This document shows, piece by piece, positions 25,849 to 35,451 of a DNA stretch of 64,000 nucleotides; position 1 is the stretch's first letter; each line of letters opens with the position of its first letter. The position numbers and the translations under genes are program-made. Origin of the DNA: an uncultured Candidatus Saccharibacteria bacterium (GTDB taxonomy: Bacteria > Patescibacteriota > Minisyncoccia > Phycocordibacterales > UBA1550); assembly GCA_964642305.1 (NCBI GenBank), contig CAZXOE010000004.1:7894-71893 (forward strand), written 5' to 3'. The notes below the pieces were generated by a model that made no database searches, had not been told where the DNA came from, and was given only the letters and a program-made list of their open reading frames with translations.

Positions 25849-25902
25849 AGCTCAGAAAAAATACCCAGCCATTCTAAAATGGCTGGGTATTTTTTCTGAG
25901 CT
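25849..25902. terminator. Bidirectional terminator (22-bp stem)
   Basis: agctcagaaaaaatacccagcc-attctaaaat-ggctgggtattttttctgagct. Confidence 0.8.
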
Positions 25903-25909
25903 ATGCCCC

Positions 25910-27592
25910 CTAGAACTGCCAGAAGCGAGTTTTTACTGCGCTAGCTGTACAATTCTGTTTATCATATGTTCCGCTACCACTAAGTACGCCCTCTGTACAC
26001 GTACGGCTTTGTGACACAGATGCGCAAGTTGCTGGAGATACCACTGAGGAAGCTTGATACGCAGTAACACTTTCTCCACTTGCGATGGTACCACCCCAAG
26101 GGAGATCGCAAGATGTGTCAACACTGCAAAAGGTGTATTGGTATGCCCCACTTAATGTTCCATTGGTACAGTTGCGTGTTTCAGACACTGAGACACAAGT
26201 GTTTGGTGAAGAAACTGAAGAAAATTGATATGCAGTGATATTACCGCCACTTGGAATGGTAGTTAATTCTAGTGTGCACGGGGCGGATATGCTTACACAA
26301 CTACTCCCATTCCAACTTGTTCCACCAACACAGCTCCCTCCCACTATTACCGACCTGAGTACCGTATTACTGTTTCTTGCATGTACAGTGTTCCAGCCAT
26401 TTGTGATTGCATAGGATAATCCAGTACCTGAAGCTAATGTTGAATATTGAATTGCTCTTGTTGCGTTGTAGATGTTTGGAGTTGTTGTATTAATTATGTT
26501 CCAAGTGAAGGGAATATTGCAAGTGCTTGCTCCCAATGCAATAACGCAAGTGCTTGGCGAAGCAGAAATGCTAGCTGTAGGAGAAGAGGATACTCTTATA
26601 AGACGCGTTGGCTGATTAGATGACCAGTTACTGTTTGAATCCTTCACTTGAAGATAAACATTCCAGTTACCAGCCGAAGGAAAATTTAGGGAAAAACTTG
26701 TCCCTGTATTTACTAATTGTGGAAAACCACCACCACTAGCTGGGTAACGACGCCAGGTATACTGTGTAATAGTATCTCCTACATCTGGGTCTATGCCATA
26801 CCCTGAAAAGGAAACCGAGTTCCCTGGCGCAACCACCACTGTAGAAGCTGGGTCTGTGATCACTGCTAATGGTGTACCATTATCAGAAATAACAACAGTA
26901 GCAGATGGGCAATTTGTAGACCATGTACCAGATGAGTCTCTCACGCGCAAATAAATAGTATGTGAGCCTACTGTAAAATTATTTTTTTGAAACGACATTG
27001 AGGAAGCCAGTATTGTACCGCTACTACAATTGCCCTCTCTCCACTCATACACATTAAGGCCATCTGATGAATTCCCACCTACTGCATTTCCACTAAAAAA
27101 AATATTTGAGCCACTTCCAAATACAGTAGGACCGACAGATGGAGTAAATATTGTTGCAGTAAGTGGAGTAACTGTAAAAGTTTGAACTGGGTAGCTTTCG
27201 ATATCAAAGAACCCAGAGGGCCAGCCGCCCCAAACCAAAACCTTAAACTGTATTGTGTAAATTCCTTGAGCAAGTGGCCCTATTGAAAATGAGTAGTTCT
27301 GCCCGCAACATGGGTGGGGGGGATCCATGTACCAGCTAGTTCCTCCAGCATTTCCTCCACCATCCAGTGAAAAAAGCTTATAAAAAATTACCATTTGACC
27401 TGCTTTGGCAACAGAATAATGCTTATGGATATCAATGACCCCCTCCACAAGGATTGACACACCAGGTGTAAATGTATTTCCTGAAAAGCTAGGGCTCATT
27501 GATTGAATCGCAGCTGCCTCTATATAATTAACAGAAGTAAAAAATATAACCGTTGTAAAAAAGAAAATTATTTGTAGTCGTTTTAGTGTCAT
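25910..27592 (-). CDS. Secreted Cys-rich repeat protein (surface/adhesin-like)
   Basis: Signal peptide. C-terminal tandem repeats G.I.(S/A)GESVTAYQ.SSV.SP.TC.SVS..R.CT.G.LSG. Confidence 0.55.
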   Translation of the reverse strand: MTLKRLQIIFFFTTVIFFTSVNYIEAAAIQSMSPSFSGNTFTPGVSILVEGVIDIHKHYSVAKAGQMVIFYKLFSLDGGGNAGGTSWYMDPPHPCCGQNYSFSIGPLAQGIYTIQFKVLVWGGWPSGFFDIESYPVQTFTVTPLTATIFTPSVGPTVFGSGSNIFFSGNAVGGNSSDGLNVYEWREGNCSSGTILASSMSFQKNNFTVGSHTIYLRVRDSSGTWSTNCPSATVVISDNGTPLAVITDPASTVVVAPGNSVSFSGYGIDPDVGDTITQYTWRRYPASGGGFPQLVNTGTSFSLNFPSAGNWNVYLQVKDSNSNWSSNQPTRLIRVSSSPTASISASPSTCVIALGASTCNIPFTWNIINTTTPNIYNATRAIQYSTLASGTGLSYAITNGWNTVHARNSNTVLRSVIVGGSCVGGTSWNGSSCVSISAPCTLELTTIPSGGNITAYQFSSVSSPNTCVSVSETRNCTNGTLSGAYQYTFCSVDTSCDLPWGGTIASGESVTAYQASSVVSPATCASVSQSRTCTEGVLSGSGTYDKQNCTASAVKTRFWQF

Positions 27593-27611
27593 TTAGGTGT
27601 TTTTAAATATT

Positions 27612-27974
27612 CTACTGGACTCTTGGTGGGAGTTTTTTAAAAATATCTTCCGCTTCTTCTTCTGTCAAAATTTTTGTCTCAACAACGTTTAACTCAGACT
27701 GAGCGGTAGTAGTCGCAATCCTTGCTGAATTAAAAAAGGTCTCACATCCAAGGCGGTACTGTTCATTGTTCAAAGTCTTGCAATCTGCTACGTTTCCATA
27801 TTTAAAAATTTCCTGAATTTGCATCTGAAGTAGTTGCTCATCTTCATTTGAAATCAACCCCGCACGAGAAACAGATTCTGACACACCCACCTTTTGCTTA
27901 TACACAGCAAAACCAACCACTCCAGTAATAACGAGAATACTGACGACAATGATTGTGAGTTTTTTATAATCCAT
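27612..27974 (-). CDS. Hypothetical membrane-anchored protein
   Basis: N-terminal TM, 120 aa. Confidence 0.5.
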   Translation of the reverse strand: MDYKKLTIIVVSILVITGVVGFAVYKQKVGVSESVSRAGLISNEDEQLLQMQIQEIFKYGNVADCKTLNNEQYRLGCETFFNSARIATTTAQSELNVVETKILTEEEAEDIFKKLPPRVQ

Positions 27975-27992
27975 CTATTTATTATGCCATAC

Positions 27993-29345
27993 TTACTTTG
28001 CAATTGGAAACGAAATTATAAAATCTGTCCCCTTCCCCTTGATAGATTCCACGGAGATTTTTCCATCCATATTTGAGACGATCTGAGCGACAATCCAGAG
28101 GCCTAACCCAGAGCCATTAATATCTTCTGTCTCTTTTGACTTCACGCGAAAGAACTTTCCAAATAGCTTTTGCTGATCCTCAGCAGAAATACCGATACCT
28201 GTATCTCGCACGCGCATAGAAACCATCTCGCCTGACACCTCGGCAAAAACTTTTACCGAACCTTCCGGAGTGTATTTTATTGAATTACCCATAATATTCA
28301 CTAGCACTTGGCGTAATTTTTCCTCGTCTACAAAGATTTTTGGAACATCATTTTTTTCATACGAAATCTCGAGACCTTTTTGACGAGCTACGACAGAAAA
28401 CGAATCTACAATTTCTGGAATAATAGATGAAATATCTATATTTTGTTTATTAAAGCTCATCTTCCCTTGCCCAATACGAATCACATCGAGCATATCATTA
28501 ATAAAAGCATTCAGCTGATTTATCGACACTGTGATGCGCGAGACATCTTCCTTGTCCTCTTCATTTAAATTTTTAGACTTGGCGAGCATCTCAGCATGTC
28601 CTTTTACAACGGTAAGCGGAGTACGGAGCTCATGTGCTGCCATAGAAATGAAATCGTCTTTCATTTGGTCAACTTCTTTGAGCTTCCGATAGAGCACAGT
28701 ATAGTCGATGATTTTTGCTTGACGTAAGAGCAAGAACGAAATTGCGAGTACTATAAAAAATAGAAAAGTATACGCGCTCTTTATGTTTTGCGTCGCCACC
28801 TCATCAATCACTTTCATGGAGATATCCATGAACACGATGCCGAGGATTGCTCCATTTTCCCCGTCTGGAATAGCGCGCACAACATTCCAATGTCTTTCGC
28901 CATATAGTGAAACAGGAAATATTTTTGATACATCGGTCCGCGCCCCAGCCTCTCTATAAAAAAACGCGTTCTCTTCATCATTGGTCCCTATTTCACTTTT
29001 ATCCAGAGAGGCAATGACCTTTTGTTGTGCTCCCTCAAATACCACTACTTTAAACTCACTAATCGATTCTTTGTTCTGATCCTTTATTCTCTCGATGATA
29101 CTTTGCAATGATGACGGGTCGTTAATTTTGAGAGTAGCAAGCTCAATAAAAATATCTTGCATTACTCCGACACGCTCCTTTTCGAGACGTTCCTGATTTT
29201 CCTTGGCAACTGATAGAAATTTTTGTCCGCTTGCAATAAACGCAAGTGGGATGAAGACGACCAAAAAGATCGTGTAGATGATCTGAGGATTATTTTTTAC
29301 GAATAATAATCCTTTTGAAAAATAGTCAGCGAGATCCTTGAGCAT
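27993..29345 (-). CDS. Sensor histidine kinase
   Basis: HisKA H-box MAAHELRTPL and HATPase_c (DTGIGI, GSGLGLWIV) after two TM segments. No adjacent response regulator. Confidence 0.85.
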   Translation of the reverse strand: MLKDLADYFSKGLLFVKNNPQIIYTIFLVVFIPLAFIASGQKFLSVAKENQERLEKERVGVMQDIFIELATLKINDPSSLQSIIERIKDQNKESISEFKVVVFEGAQQKVIASLDKSEIGTNDEENAFFYREAGARTDVSKIFPVSLYGERHWNVVRAIPDGENGAILGIVFMDISMKVIDEVATQNIKSAYTFLFFIVLAISFLLLRQAKIIDYTVLYRKLKEVDQMKDDFISMAAHELRTPLTVVKGHAEMLAKSKNLNEEDKEDVSRITVSINQLNAFINDMLDVIRIGQGKMSFNKQNIDISSIIPEIVDSFSVVARQKGLEISYEKNDVPKIFVDEEKLRQVLVNIMGNSIKYTPEGSVKVFAEVSGEMVSMRVRDTGIGISAEDQQKLFGKFFRVKSKETEDINGSGLGLWIVAQIVSNMDGKISVESIKGKGTDFIISFPIAK

Positions 29346-29360
29346 TTTTGTTAATGTGTA

Positions 29361-30923
29361 TTATTCCTGTGGAGTATTCCTCATTTTAAAACCAAGCAGA
29401 ATAAAGATTGTAATCACAATGAGTATGATCGCAATGATGCTTCCGTAAAAATACTCATCCTCGACGAAGCTCGGGGAACTGCCGGCATCCGGGACTATTT
29501 GAGGAACGGTGATAGCGAATGCTTCCTTTACGAACGGCACAGGGTTACTTCTCGCAACCACACTCCCCTTCACATCCGTAATAGCCACGAACACTTTGTG
29601 ATCACCATTCTCAAGCTCTTTGTCGAGTATGTAACTCCAATTTCCATCGTTGTCGGTCTTTACTGTAACAACAATAGGCATGCTAAAAATATAGAGTGTT
29701 GCAAAACTGTTTGGGAGAGCCTTTCCTTTAAATGAAATCTTGCTTGCTGTCTTTGTACCATCAGTATTAGTAACAATCTCAGCAACAGCGACCGCCTCAA
29801 CTGCGAAGTTTTTCTCGTCAACAATCCCGCTTTGCTGTTCTATCGCCACCTGCTCAAGTTTTGCGACCCCTTCTTCAATCTTTTTCGCTAGAGCATCCTC
29901 TTCTGCAATATTTTCAGGTTTATTATTCTCTACTGCTAATGAGACGTCGCTTTGTACTCTCCGCGTAGTATCCACGATTTCTTTGACGATCTCTTTCTTT
30001 TTGTCATCATCACCTCTCTTTACGGCGTCCTTGAGATCCTCTGCTTTCTCGGCAACTACCTTTTCAAAATCAGGTGATGGCTTTTGTGGCTGTACAGAAA
30101 CTTTGCGAGTGTCACTAATGGCGTCTGTCTTCGTGGACGCTGGTTCAACCACAATACTTTTCACTACTTTTTTCCTTTCTTTATTTTCTGAAAATGTTTT
30201 TAGAGTATTTGTTATCTCTTTTTTTATTTTCTCCTCTTTTACTATCTGCGTACTCTTGATATCTTCAACAAATTTTTCAGCGATAAATTGTCGAGAAACT
30301 TCTCGCACTCCACTATTACCAATATTGGGTGCATCTTTGGTATTTATCCATTTTTTCTCTTCATTATTCACAACAACTTGAACACTGTCTCCATGAAACA
30401 CCTCACCATCTTGCTTTGTAATCAACGTAGTTAACTCATAGGAACCATCTGGTGTGTTCTCTGACTTCCAGGAAACAACTCCATGTATTTCATTTGAATC
30501 AAAATGCGTTTTCCCGATATATAGTGAATCACCTCCATCCTTCCGTGTCAGGTTTACCTCTACAGCAGATACTTTTTCTTCTTTTTCAACTTTTACTGAT
30601 ACTTTTGTGTCACCTGACACCTTATCACTATGCTCCTTATCTTTGTCATCATTCATGACATCTTTAGACTCAGTTTGCTTGTGTGAAGAAGATACGCTAG
30701 TTTGCGACGATGCCTTTTTTTCTTTTGTCTTCTTTTCTGACAAAGAAGACGTCTCAGCTACTAAAACTCCTGAAGTGGTTGCCACAGCGCCAAATGCATT
30801 TCCCATAGTTGGCATCTCTGATAATTCCGCAAATACCGAATGGGCTCCAAAACCTAGCAAACCTGCGAGGAGCGTCACGCCAACTATTTTTTTAAAACTG
30901 CTCCCGCTATTAAAATAATCCAT
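29361..30923 (-). CDS. Secreted Lys/Ser-rich protein with C-terminal TM anchor
   Basis: Signal peptide, low-complexity K/E/S-rich centre, C-terminal hydrophobic helix. Confidence 0.5.
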   Translation of the reverse strand: MDYFNSGSSFKKIVGVTLLAGLLGFGAHSVFAELSEMPTMGNAFGAVATTSGVLVAETSSLSEKKTKEKKASSQTSVSSSHKQTESKDVMNDDKDKEHSDKVSGDTKVSVKVEKEEKVSAVEVNLTRKDGGDSLYIGKTHFDSNEIHGVVSWKSENTPDGSYELTTLITKQDGEVFHGDSVQVVVNNEEKKWINTKDAPNIGNSGVREVSRQFIAEKFVEDIKSTQIVKEEKIKKEITNTLKTFSENKERKKVVKSIVVEPASTKTDAISDTRKVSVQPQKPSPDFEKVVAEKAEDLKDAVKRGDDDKKKEIVKEIVDTTRRVQSDVSLAVENNKPENIAEEDALAKKIEEGVAKLEQVAIEQQSGIVDEKNFAVEAVAVAEIVTNTDGTKTASKISFKGKALPNSFATLYIFSMPIVVTVKTDNDGNWSYILDKELENGDHKVFVAITDVKGSVVARSNPVPFVKEAFAITVPQIVPDAGSSPSFVEDEYFYGSIIAIILIVITIFILLGFKMRNTPQE

Positions 30924-31000
30924 ATTAAAATATATATTTTTTTATTAAATAAGCCCACTGTCTGGCTTGCCGACAAAACTTTTAGCGTATAACGCAGTTA

Positions 31001-31975
31001 TTATATCACATTCCGCACGGCCTCCTTAATATGACCAATACCCATACCATAATGTTCCAAAAGTTCGGCGGGTGAACCTGATTGCCCGAACAAATCCTTT
31101 ACTCCGATGAATGCCATCTTTGTTGGATGTTCTTCCGCAAGAATTTCAGCAACAGCCGAGCCCATGCCTCCAGCGATTTGGTGCTCCTCTACTGTAACAA
31201 TTCTTCCACACTCTTTTGCGAGGGCAACCACCGCTTCGCGATCCATCGGCTTCACGGTTCCAATATTTAAAACAACAGAACCAATTCCCTCACCTTCAAG
31301 CTCTTTTCCTGCCATTATCGCATTGTAAACAAGCGAACCGCACGCAATGATACCGACTTTTGGCGCAGTTACCGAGCGAAAAAATTCTTGCGCTTTGCCA
31401 ATTTCGAACGGCGTATCTTCGGTCGTAATAATAGGAGTTTTTTCACGAGCGAGACGAATATACGTCGGAGAATTTGTTTTTGCCATTGCGATGGTTGCCT
31501 TTCGCGCTTCAATGCTATCGCAAGGCGTAATCACTACCATATTTGGAATGACGCGTGTAATGGCAATATCCTCTATCGCCTGATGTGTACCGCCGTCAGG
31601 ACCCACGGAAACTCCAGCGTGCGAGCCAACAATTTTCACGGGGCGGTCATTGTAACAAATGTTTGTGCGAATCTGCTCCCAGCTTCTCCCTGGAGAAAAC
31701 ATCGCGTACGATGAAACGAAAGGAATCTTGCCCATCGCTGCCATTCCCGAAGCAACTGACGCAGATGACTGCTCCATGATCCCCATTTCAAAAAATCGTT
31801 TTGGAAACTCTTTTGCGAATGCGTCCATCTTTGTGGACTCTGTAAGGTCGCAACACATCGCCACCACGCGCTCGTCCGCGCGCCCAGCAAGCACGAGCCC
31901 CTCGCCAAAGCCCGCGCGAATCGGCGCTTGTTGTACATCAGTATCAAATAGTTTTGGATTGAGAGAAATTTGCAT
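31001..31975 (-). CDS. Transketolase, C-terminal (pyrimidine-binding) subunit
   Basis: ...MGIMEQSSASVASGMA...GPDGGTHQAIEDIA... covers Tkt domains II and III. Confidence 0.9.
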   Translation of the reverse strand: MQISLNPKLFDTDVQQAPIRAGFGEGLVLAGRADERVVAMCCDLTESTKMDAFAKEFPKRFFEMGIMEQSSASVASGMAAMGKIPFVSSYAMFSPGRSWEQIRTNICYNDRPVKIVGSHAGVSVGPDGGTHQAIEDIAITRVIPNMVVITPCDSIEARKATIAMAKTNSPTYIRLAREKTPIITTEDTPFEIGKAQEFFRSVTAPKVGIIACGSLVYNAIMAGKELEGEGIGSVVLNIGTVKPMDREAVVALAKECGRIVTVEEHQIAGGMGSAVAEILAEEHPTKMAFIGVKDLFGQSGSPAELLEHYGMGIGHIKEAVRNVI

Positions 31976-31979
31976 GATT

Positions 31980-32252
31980 CTATTTTACCGTTAATCGCAG
32001 CCCAAGACCAGTAGTAACTTTTTGAATGAACGAAAATGTAGGGTTCCCGCGCCCAGACTCAAAGCGAGCGAGGGCTGATTGTGTAATACCGATTTCTGCA
32101 GCAAGCGCTTTTTGTGTAAGGTTTTTCTGTGCGCGCTTTTTTATAATCGCCTCAATAAGGTCAAACTCGACATCGGACTCCGCCATTGCCTTTTTGACTC
32201 CAGGGCGTTTCATGGACTCCTTTTTAAATTGTGCAAATGTTTTCATTTTCAT
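31980..32252 (-). CDS. HTH XRE-family antitoxin (HigA-like)
   Basis: LTQKALAAEIGITQSALARFESGRGNPT HTH, directly downstream of the toxin-like gene. Confidence 0.7.
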   Translation of the reverse strand: MKMKTFAQFKKESMKRPGVKKAMAESDVEFDLIEAIIKKRAQKNLTQKALAAEIGITQSALARFESGRGNPTFSFIQKVTTGLGLRLTVK

Positions 32253-32279
32253 AATATTATGTATACCATATATGGTATA

Positions 32280-32588
32280 TTATTGCAACTTGTTTTTCAA
32301 ACGATATACATAATCAATATCCTTTTGTGAGAGTTTTTGTGTCTTTTTTATGATTGCGTGCAATATAATCGCTTCTCCGTTTTTAAAAATGAAAAATATC
32401 CTTATATTACTTATGCCAATCACTCGCAGTTCAAAAATCCCCTCAGAAATATATTTTGTATGCGGATAACGAATTGTGTGACCATATTCCTCTAAAAGCC
32501 CGACTGACTTATTTATTTTTCCCACAGAAACATCATCAAGACCATAAAGAAAGTCGTATGTCTCTGAAAAAAGAAAATTGATTTTCAT
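32280..32588 (-). CDS. HigB/Gp49-like toxin (RelE/ParE superfamily)
   Basis: ...YDFLYGLDD...KI...GLLEEYG...ISEGIFELRV...RIFFIF..G.AIILHAIIKKTQKLSQKDIDYV matches the Gp49/HigB pattern. Start taken at MKINFLF. Confidence 0.65.
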   Translation of the reverse strand: MKINFLFSETYDFLYGLDDVSVGKINKSVGLLEEYGHTIRYPHTKYISEGIFELRVIGISNIRIFFIFKNGEAIILHAIIKKTQKLSQKDIDYVYRLKNKLQ

Positions 32589-32642
32589 ATTACTACACTT
32601 TGCCAAAGCCCGCTGCGTCCAAGACGTGAATCTTCTGATGTT

Positions 32643-32732
32643 TATGGCCAAGCCACGAAATCAGCTGATTCGGAATCGGCGCTTGCTCTATAGTTGGGTC
32701 TATGGCCGAGCCACGAACCAGCTGATTCGAAA
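32643..32732. promoter_or_regulatory. Two ~33-nt direct repeats, each with a CAGCTG-centred palindrome, upstream of the toxin gene (candidate operator)
   Basis: tatggccaagccacgaaatcagctgattcggaa and tatggccgagccacgaaccagctgattcgaaa, with a 58-nt period. Confidence 0.55.
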
Positions 32733-32759
32733 GTTTTGGATTGAGTTGAATGTTCATAT

Positions 32760-33026
32760 TTACTGCGAGTATTTACTACGATTATATAGAAAATATACAA
32801 TGCTCACAATAATCCCCAACAAAAGGGCTTGTCCTCCCCTTACGAAAATAAACACATAACCATCATCTTTAAAAAGATTTACTCCTCCAAAAAGAATGAC
32901 AATGGTTGCAAAGAAAATCATAGCGCCCATTGGGAAAATGACAGTCGTCATAAAAAAGACTTTTCTAATTTTTTTGTTTGTCTCCTCGTTTTGTTGTGAT
33001 GTGTTTTTTTGATTCATACTATTCAT
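32760..33026 (-). CDS. Hypothetical small membrane protein
   Basis: 88 aa, two TM helices. Overlaps the tkt N-subunit stop by 8 nt. Confidence 0.4.
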   Translation of the reverse strand: MNSMNQKNTSQQNEETNKKIRKVFFMTTVIFPMGAMIFFATIVILFGGVNLFKDDGYVFIFVRGGQALLLGIIVSIVYFLYNRSKYSQ

Positions 33027-33888
33027 GCTCGCTCATAATCTGCCCTCCGAGAGTGCGGAGCTCTGCGAGCGCATTATCTCCCTGCTCCACATTTGGTGGA
33101 TTGCCATGCCACTTGTAGTCGTTCTCAAACATTTCTACGCCTTTGCCGGGAATAGTGTGCGCAATGATGACGGACGGCTTTTCAAAAATCGCGCGCGCCG
33201 TATCCACTGCATCCACAATAGCCTCCATATTGTGCCCGTCAATCTCAAGCACATGCCAGCCAAATGCTCTCCACTTATCCGCAAGCGGTTCCAACGGCAT
33301 TACGTTTTCTGTGAATCCATCAATTTGAATATTGTTGCGGTCTACAATGGCGACAAGGTTGTGAAGTTTCTCTTTTCCTGCAAGCATCGCCGCTTCCCAA
33401 ATCTGCCCTTCGTTCAACTCTCCATCACCCAAGAAACAATAAACTGTTCTGTTTGAATTGTGTCCCCTATCTAATCGGTCTACTATTGCCATACCAACCG
33501 CTTGCGAAAGTCCCTGCCCGAGTGGACCGGAGCTTGTCTCAAGCATTGGCAAATATTCGCGGTGTGGATGCCCCTGAAGTCGTGTTCCAAATTTGCGAAG
33601 CGTTTTTAATTCTTCAATAGGGAAATACCCTACATGTGCCATCGTCGCATACATGACTGGGCAAATGTGTCCGTTTGAAAGCACCACGCGGTCACGGTCT
33701 TCCCACGAAGGGTTCTTTGGGTCGTGTTTTAATATATGAAAATAGAACGCAGTAAAAATATCCGCCATACCAAGTGGCCCCGCGGTGTGACCAGACTTTG
33801 CTTCTACAAGCATCTCAATAATAGACTTGCGAACTTCAAGCGCTTTCTCTTCTAGAAATTTAATTTTGTCATCATGGAGATGAGTCAT
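33019..33888 (-). CDS. Transketolase, N-terminal (TPP-binding) subunit
   Basis: ...SGHTAGPLGMADI...GDGELNEGQIWEA... covers Tkt domain I. Confidence 0.9.
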   Translation of the reverse strand: MTHLHDDKIKFLEEKALEVRKSIIEMLVEAKSGHTAGPLGMADIFTAFYFHILKHDPKNPSWEDRDRVVLSNGHICPVMYATMAHVGYFPIEELKTLRKFGTRLQGHPHREYLPMLETSSGPLGQGLSQAVGMAIVDRLDRGHNSNRTVYCFLGDGELNEGQIWEAAMLAGKEKLHNLVAIVDRNNIQIDGFTENVMPLEPLADKWRAFGWHVLEIDGHNMEAIVDAVDTARAIFEKPSVIIAHTIPGKGVEMFENDYKWHGNPPNVEQGDNALAELRTLGGQIMSEHE

Positions 33889-33892
33889 AAGA

Positions 33893-34600
33893 CTATGATA
33901 CTAAATTTTTCATTTCTGCGATAGCAGAAACAAAGTCATCTGCTTCCAAAATTGCTGATCCAGAGACCAAGCGTGTCGCGCCAGCGTCTACAAGACTTCG
34001 CGCTGTATCCATATTGACAGAGCCGTCAATACTAATTGGCAGTTCAGGATATTTTGCGCGGAGCGCTCGCACATGATCAAGCACGCGCTCATCAAAGGGT
34101 TGCCCTTGAAACCCTATACGCTCGATACCCATACACTGCACAAAATCAACTTGATCAAGGTACGGCTCTATAGACGATAGCGGTGTTGTCGTATTGAGAG
34201 CAATTCCGAGTTCTATAAAGCCATCTGGGATAGCGTCGCGAATAGCGTTAAAATCACTCACACTTTCAACATGAACAATGATACGCTGCGCTCCTGCGGT
34301 GACCCATTGTGAGATGACATCCTCAGGATTCTCCACCATCAGATCAACTTCAAAATCAATATCTTCCCACAATGGCATTCCCTCTTCCTCTGCAACGATA
34401 GCGTCGAAATGAGCATCCTTTGGATACGGCCATGTACGAGCAGGCACAAATTTCCCATCCATAATATCTAGCTGAACCATTGGAACCACACCCACAAAAA
34501 GGCTCATCATCTCATCAAGATGCTCGTAGTCTTTTGGCATTATTGCAGGGATGATTTCGATCATGGGATTTAATGTTAAATGATAAATTTTAAATTTCAA
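33893..34600 (-). CDS. rpe: Ribulose-phosphate 3-epimerase-like
   Basis: QLDIMDGKFVP and DGSVN motifs on a TIM-barrel scaffold. Confidence 0.75.
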   Translation of the reverse strand: MKFKIYHLTLNPMIEIIPAIMPKDYEHLDEMMSLFVGVVPMVQLDIMDGKFVPARTWPYPKDAHFDAIVAEEEGMPLWEDIDFEVDLMVENPEDVISQWVTAGAQRIIVHVESVSDFNAIRDAIPDGFIELGIALNTTTPLSSIEPYLDQVDFVQCMGIERIGFQGQPFDERVLDHVRALRAKYPELPISIDGSVNMDTARSLVDAGATRLVSGSAILEADDFVSAIAEMKNLVS

Positions 34601-34674
34601 AATAAATCTTAATTTTTATAATTTTTAATTCATTTTTAGATTATTTAGAAATTAAAAATTTGAAATTAGAAATT

Positions 34675-35118
34675 TTAAAAAATGTCTAATTTTTTAATTC
34701 TCCTCTCATGGCGCTCGTCGCCAGTAAATTTAGTCTCAAGCCACACACGCACAACCTCGCGGGCTTCATCTTCTTCAATAAATCGCGCACCGAGAGAAAG
34801 TATATTCGCGTCATTATGCTCGCGCGAGAGTACCGCAACATCAAAGGGTCCACCGTAGTAAACCGCCGCTCGCGCGCCTTTCACACGGTTTGCGCACATT
34901 GCCTCGCCTTGCCCTGAACCGCCAAGAATAATTCCACGTGACTCTGGGTCACGAGCAACCGCCTCTGCAACAGGGCGAATAAAATCTGGATAATCATCAA
35001 GCGGTTCAAGCGAATGCGCGCCCATGTCTTCTATATCGTGTCCGTGCGCGCGAAGAAATGGAAGGAGGTTTTCCTTGAGCTCAAACCCAGCGTGATCTGT
35101 ACCGATGTAAATTTTCAT
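34675..35118 (-). CDS. rpiB: Ribose-5-phosphate isomerase B
   Basis: MKIYIGTDHAGFELK...ILGGSGQGEAM... RpiB/LacAB family. Confidence 0.9.
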   Translation of the reverse strand: MKIYIGTDHAGFELKENLLPFLRAHGHDIEDMGAHSLEPLDDYPDFIRPVAEAVARDPESRGIILGGSGQGEAMCANRVKGARAAVYYGGPFDVAVLSREHNDANILSLGARFIEEDEAREVVRVWLETKFTGDERHERRIKKLDIF

Positions 35119-35139
35119 ACTTAATTTATTACTACAATA

Positions 35140-35442
35140 TTATTTCTGTCCTTTTAGAATTATCCTTTCTTCAAAACCCCCTCTCTCTTCTCGCTTCCTA
35201 TCTCGAATTTTTTCAACATTCTCATATTCAGGAAGTTTTTTAATGGCCTCAATGACTTCAAGGACATCAGCAAGCTCTTCAGTATCTCCTTCCACTAAAA
35301 ATTCCTGAGTTTCCTCCCCGAGCTTCTTTATAAGTTCAGCTCTATACTCTTCTGCAGAGGCAATTCGTTTTTCATACAAAACTCCCTTCTGGTCAAGAAT
35401 TTCAGGAATTTTATCTCTAACTAATTTATTATAATCTTCCAT
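35140..35442 (-). CDS. MazG-like nucleotide pyrophosphohydrolase domain protein
   Basis: LVRDKIPEI...EEYRAELIKKLGEETQEF... resembles the MazG/HisE-like all-alpha NTP-PPase fold. Confidence 0.55.
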   Translation of the reverse strand: MEDYNKLVRDKIPEILDQKGVLYEKRIASAEEYRAELIKKLGEETQEFLVEGDTEELADVLEVIEAIKKLPEYENVEKIRDRKREERGGFEERIILKGQK

Positions 35443-35451
35443 GAATTTTAA

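Noticed and set aside
29740-30381. Plus-strand 213-aa Ser/Thr-rich ORF
   Set aside because: Antisense to the better-supported 29361-30923 minus-strand gene. Low complexity.
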